This document shows, piece after piece, positions 60,676 through 64,000 of a stretch of 64,000 nt of DNA. The position numbers and the translations under genes were made by a program. A model generated the notes under the pieces. The model did not search any database and had not been told where the DNA came from. It saw nothing but the letters and a program-made list of their open reading frames with translations. The first letter of the stretch is position 1, and every line of letters begins with the position of its first letter. Source of the stretch: an uncultured Gammaproteobacteria bacterium (GTDB taxonomy: Bacteria; Pseudomonadota; Gammaproteobacteria; Eutrophobiales; Eutrophobiaceae); NCBI GenBank assembly GCA_951812995.1, contig CATOTD010000003.1:331288-395287 (forward strand), written 5' to 3'.

Positions 60676-60938
60676 ATGAATTTTTTACTCACAATTTTCA
60701 CCGGTCGCCGAGTTGTCAACAGGCTATTGACGGGGCTTTTTTATGCGTTGTCGGCATTGCGGCAAACGCCGACAAGCCCGATTTTTCACTGGCCAACAGT
60801 TATCAACCCAACATGGATGCGGTATTGACCGATTATTGGTTGAGCGAAAAATATGATGGTGCACGCGCTTTGTGGAATGGCACGGCACTGATTTCCCGTG
60901 GTGGCAAAGTCTATGCTGTGGGGGGACATGTGAATTGA
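60676..60938 (+). pseudogene. 5' stub of a LigE-type (periplasmic, ATP-dependent) DNA ligase gene
   Basis: The frame reads ..GAFLCVVGIAANADKPDFSLANSYQPNMDAVLTDYWLSEKYDGARALWNGTALISRGGKVYA.. . It has a signal-peptide-like A-x-A and adenylation motif I (KYDG). This frame is not in phase with ATG 60676. It is truncated at the MITE-like element end (~60921). Confidence 0.5.
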
Positions 60939-61924
60939 TCATGTGGAATGAGGCGGAATGAGGTGACATGGGATGGAATGGAAAGGCTTTTATAGCAAGG
61001 GTTTAAGAAGCCGATAGAAGCCGCAACGAAGGGCGAAAATAGTCGATTTAAGCCGCCGCGAGACAACTGAATTGATCACTGTTAGCTTAATCAGCGAATA
61101 AGGCCGTATAATCAAGCACTTAAGCCTGTGCTAAGTGCGAAAAAGGTGGGTACAAAGTAGTGCGGATTTAAAAAATAGCCGATTTTTGCGGGTTCAGGGA
61201 CAACTGAATTGATCATCGCGGCGGAGCATCTTTAGGCGCATTTAAGTTATTGAAAAGTAAGCACTTTATGCGTTTAATAGCGCTCTAAAATGTATAAAAA
61301 GGGCGTTTAAAGCGGTGCGGTGGTTAATAATTAACCTAATAAAGCGCACCACTTTAATAAATCATTGTTTTTATTGATTAAAAAGCATAGAAACAACAGA
61401 AAATCAGGGATATTGCCTGTGGATAACTTTGTAAAGGTGGGAACATTTTTGGGGCGATTGGATGTTTCAAGGCTGTGGTTAAAAAGTAACCAGACAATGC
61501 AAATTATCAAACATACATATCTTGCCCTGATTTATCAAAAACGACCGACCCCATTTATACTGAAAATCCAGTGCCGGACACCGGCACCTTGCAGGAAAAC
61601 TACACCGGAAATAACAACTATCCGGTTGATGAAATTGAGACGGGGATACCGTCATTTTTAGGCAATCCATAAGCCTTAAAATCAGGACAAAAATCACCCT
61701 CAAAAAGGCCGCCAAAATCGACCCAAATATTGGGCTTGATTTAACCCCAAATTAAGGGATGATTAAGGGGCACTTAAATACCCTTAAAAAGGCCTAAAAA
61801 AGACCCAAAAAATGACCACCAAAATCAACCAAATATCAGCCCTATCTGTGTATAACTCTATGGATAAGTACCTAAAAAAGAGTAATCAATTCAGATGTCC
61901 CGAATGATCAATTCAGATGTCCCC
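60922..61924. mobile_element. ~1-kb non-coding MITE-like element bounded by 20-bp inverted repeats
   Basis: GGGGACATGTGAATTGATCA (60922-60941) matches the reverse complement of 61905-61924 (GGGGACATCTGAATTGATCA) at 19/20 positions. Extra copies of the motif lie at 61060-61078 (+), 61198-61216 (+) and 61883-61901 (-). There is no credible transposase ORF. Both outer ends coincide with truncation points of other genes. Confidence 0.4.
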
Positions 61925-61925
61925 G

Positions 61926-62135
61926 TACAACTTCCGCCATCTGATTTTCCACGAGCGACGACAGGCCACAGCCTGACTCCGCCAAAATTCCGGAAATACC
62001 CGACCTGGCGGACCCAAACAGCGCAACACAGCCTCAAATACCACCGATCTTGACCTTCACACCCGCTATGCGGGTGACAACGACTAGTGCTCGCGTCAAA
62101 ACCCATCCAGAATCAGCGTTGTTCGAGGTCTCCAG
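61926..62135 (+). mobile_element. right-end fragment of the IS5-family element (last transposase codons plus terminal IR)
   Basis: Reverse complement of 3130-~3335 with a few SNPs. It encodes ..YNFRHLIFHERRQATA* and ends ..CGAGGTCTCC at 62133 (CCAG to 62135). Confidence 0.75.
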
Positions 62136-63047
62136 ATTCTCAGTCTCTATGCCAAAGGCAATACCACCTGTGACATTGTCGCGCTGTTTCAGGAAATGTA
62201 GGGCGTGGCGGTCTCAACCAGTCTGCTCTCGCGCGTGACAGCAAAGGTGATTGCGTGGCAATCGGCCACTGGTGCTGATATACCCCAGCGCATACCTTGA
62301 CTGCATAGTCGTTAAAATCCGCCAGGACAAGAAAGTCATCAACAAGGCTGTCTATCTGGCACTGGGCGTGAACCTGGACAGGCACAAAGCGCTTTTAGGG
62401 CTGTGGCTGTCAGAGCACGAAGGTGCCAAGTTCTGGCTCAATGTCTTGACCGAACTTCATAACCGCGGTGTACGAGACATCCTGATTGCCTGTGTTGACG
62501 GACTCAAGAGTTTTCCTGATCTCATCAATACCGTCTACCCGCAAACCCGCATCTAGCGATGCATTGTGCATAGGATCAGGCACGCGATGCAGTATGTTAC
62601 CTGGAAGGACTACAAGGCGGTTGTAGTCGACTTGTAGCAAATCTACCAGTCAGCTACGGAGGCGGAAGCACTGTTGGTGCTTGATGTCTTTGGTGACGAA
62701 TGGGATGCCAAATACCCTAAGACCAGCCGTTCCTGGCAGAGTCATTGGCAGAACCTCAACACCCTGTTTGATTACCCGCAGGACTTGCGCAAGGCAATCT
62801 ATACCACCAACGCCATTGCATCGCTCAACAGCGTCATCAGGAAAGCCATCAAAAAACGTAAGTTGTTCCCAACCGATGACGCTACCAGAAAGGTGAGCTA
62901 TCTGGCCATTCAAGATGCATCAAAGCAGTGGACTATGTCGATTAAATATTGGAAACCAGCGATGAATCGCTTTATGATCGAATTCGAAGACCGACTAAAG
63001 GACTTCGTTTAACCAACGGCAGTTACACAGTTTTTGGTAAAGGCTCA
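62136..63047 (+). pseudogene. 5'-truncated, stop- and frameshift-containing IS256-family transposase with its right IS end
   Basis: The pieces 62251-62556 and 62674-63012 read ..NKAVYLALGVNLDRHKALLGLWLSEHEGAKFWLNVLTELHNRGVRDILIACVDGL.. and ..WDAKYPKTSRSWQSHWQNLNTLFDYPQDLRKAIYTTNAIASLNSVIRKAIKKRKLFP.. . The 5' part was removed by the IS5 insertion at 62135. The downstream end ~63013-63047 resembles the right end of the IS256 copy at 2411-2447. Confidence 0.75.
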
Positions 63048-63086
63048 TAGGCATCGGTTATTATCTTATTTTATTATTATACTTTT

Positions 63087-63108
63087 GAAGTTAAACATAT
63101 AATTTCTA
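63087..63108. repeat. solo IS1595-type terminal inverted-repeat-like 22-mer
   Basis: GAAGTTAAACATATAATTTCTA, reverse-complemented, gives GAAATTATATGTTTAACTTC. This matches about 17/20 positions of the IR GGGAATTATATATTTGACTCC of copies A-C. Its orientation implies an element body to the left, not the transposase to the right. Confidence 0.35.
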
Positions 63109-63131
63109 TAAAAAAATTAACCTTGTGATAC

Positions 63132-64000
63132 TTACGCCGTTAATTCTTTATAGGTAAGTGTTTTGCCAGTCATTCGACTAAATAACTATCCAATCTTTCC
63201 TGCGTATCTCGTTCACAAGATCCTTTATTCAATCGGAAAAAAAACTCGTCCACATAAGCCTGGCAATGTTTTCTGCTCCAGTTATGATAAATTCCATTAT
63301 AGCCACGCTTTAACACAGCCCAGACGCTTTCAATACCATTTGTATGTGCCATACCATTTACAAATTCCTTTGCACTGTGATTAACAGTACCATGCTGATA
63401 ATCCCTCTCAAAACCTGAATATCCTTTATGCTCATCAGTATATAAATGGCTTTCAGCGGTGATATTTTATGAATTGTAGATTGCAGGGTATGCTTATCAG
63501 TATTATTTATCGGCATTGTCTTGACATGACCACCGCGTACTTTCATGCCCATGACCGCATATTTACCAACCGTCCCACGTCCTGCTTTTAGCTTTTTGTT
63601 TGCGTGTTTATTGGATTCCTTGCCACCAAGGTAGGTTTTATCAATTTCAATGTGTCCACTCAATACTTCAAGGTCTTCACCACAAACTAATCGTAATCGA
63701 TGCAACATGTACCAAGCAGTTCTTTGTTGTATTCCAAGTTCTTTAGATAATTGTAAAGAGAAGACACCTTTCTGTGAAGTCATGAGTGTGTAAGAAGTAT
63801 AAATCCACTTGCGGGAATCTACTTTGCTACGTTCCATTGGGGTATTAGTAAAAACATTGAAATATCCACGACAATTACCGCACCAATAATCACTTGATTT
63901 TTTCTGCGGTGTGATTTTTCCATTACATCCACATTTCGCACAAACAGGTTTATTGCCCCAACGTATTTTTTCAAAATACTGAATTGCATCAGTCTTGGTC
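63132..64000 (-). pseudogene. second-type IS1595-family transposase with at least 2 frameshifts; N-terminus runs off the window
   Basis: The frames read ..KPVCAKCGCNGKITPQKKSSDYWCGNCRGYFNVFTNTPMERSKV..HIEIDKTYLGGKESNKH.., then shifted ..HLYTDEHKGYSGFERDYQHGTVNHSAKEFVNGMAHTNGIESVWAVLKRG.., then shifted ..RMTGKTLTYKELTA*. By eye it is about half identical to the copy A transposase. Confidence 0.75.

Noticed and set aside
60724-60969. 81-aa minus-strand ORF.
   Set aside because: It is antisense to the LigE-type ligase stub, whose plus-strand frame carries the KYDG motif. The ORF is His/Cys/Arg-rich and low in complexity.
61365-61715. ORFs 61365-61661 (+) and 61479-61715 (-) inside the MITE-like element.
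   Set aside because: They overlap each other on opposite strands, lie in AT-rich low-complexity sequence, and show no motif or ribosome-binding context. There is no support for coding.

Overview
This is a moderately AT-rich bacterial, probably proteobacterial, chromosomal window with four blocks. (1) 1-4.5 kb holds the 3' end of an M17-type aminopeptidase gene and a HExxH membrane protein. An IS graveyard follows: a degenerate IS256-family element, three nested or inverted IS5-family pieces, and a VOC-family gene stub. (2) 4.8-30.1 kb is a lipid island. It has a DoxX protein and a minus-strand Pfa-type (PUFA/secondary-lipid) synthase operon: PfaD-like ER -> PfaA-like KS-MAT-ACP3-KR-DH -> PfaC/B-like KS-CLF-AT-DH2 -> KAS III-like. 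This operon is divergent from a hopanoid cluster (sqs, shc, hpnG, PhyH-family dioxygenase, hpnN, hpnA). (3) 30.2-56.9 kb is a type II-C CRISPR-Cas locus: a minus-strand tracrRNA, cas9, cas1, cas2 and an 18.1-kb array of 275 spacers. It is bracketed by two 1457-bp IS1595-family copies. (4) 56.9-64 kb is IS-riddled accessory DNA. It contains a DUF4184-like gene, a third IS1595 copy with a frameshifted transposase, an orphan PD-(D/E)xK nuclease-like gene and a LigE-type ligase stub. It also contains a ~1-kb MITE-like element, an IS5 end fragment, a truncated IS256-family transposase and a second-type IS1595 transposase pseudogene. The most notable points are the size and internal structure of the array and a perfect -10 box at the end of every repeat. 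A PAM (N4C) can be read from overlapping spacers. One spacer matches an IS5-family terminus present twice in this window, with mismatches confined to the PAM-proximal seed.
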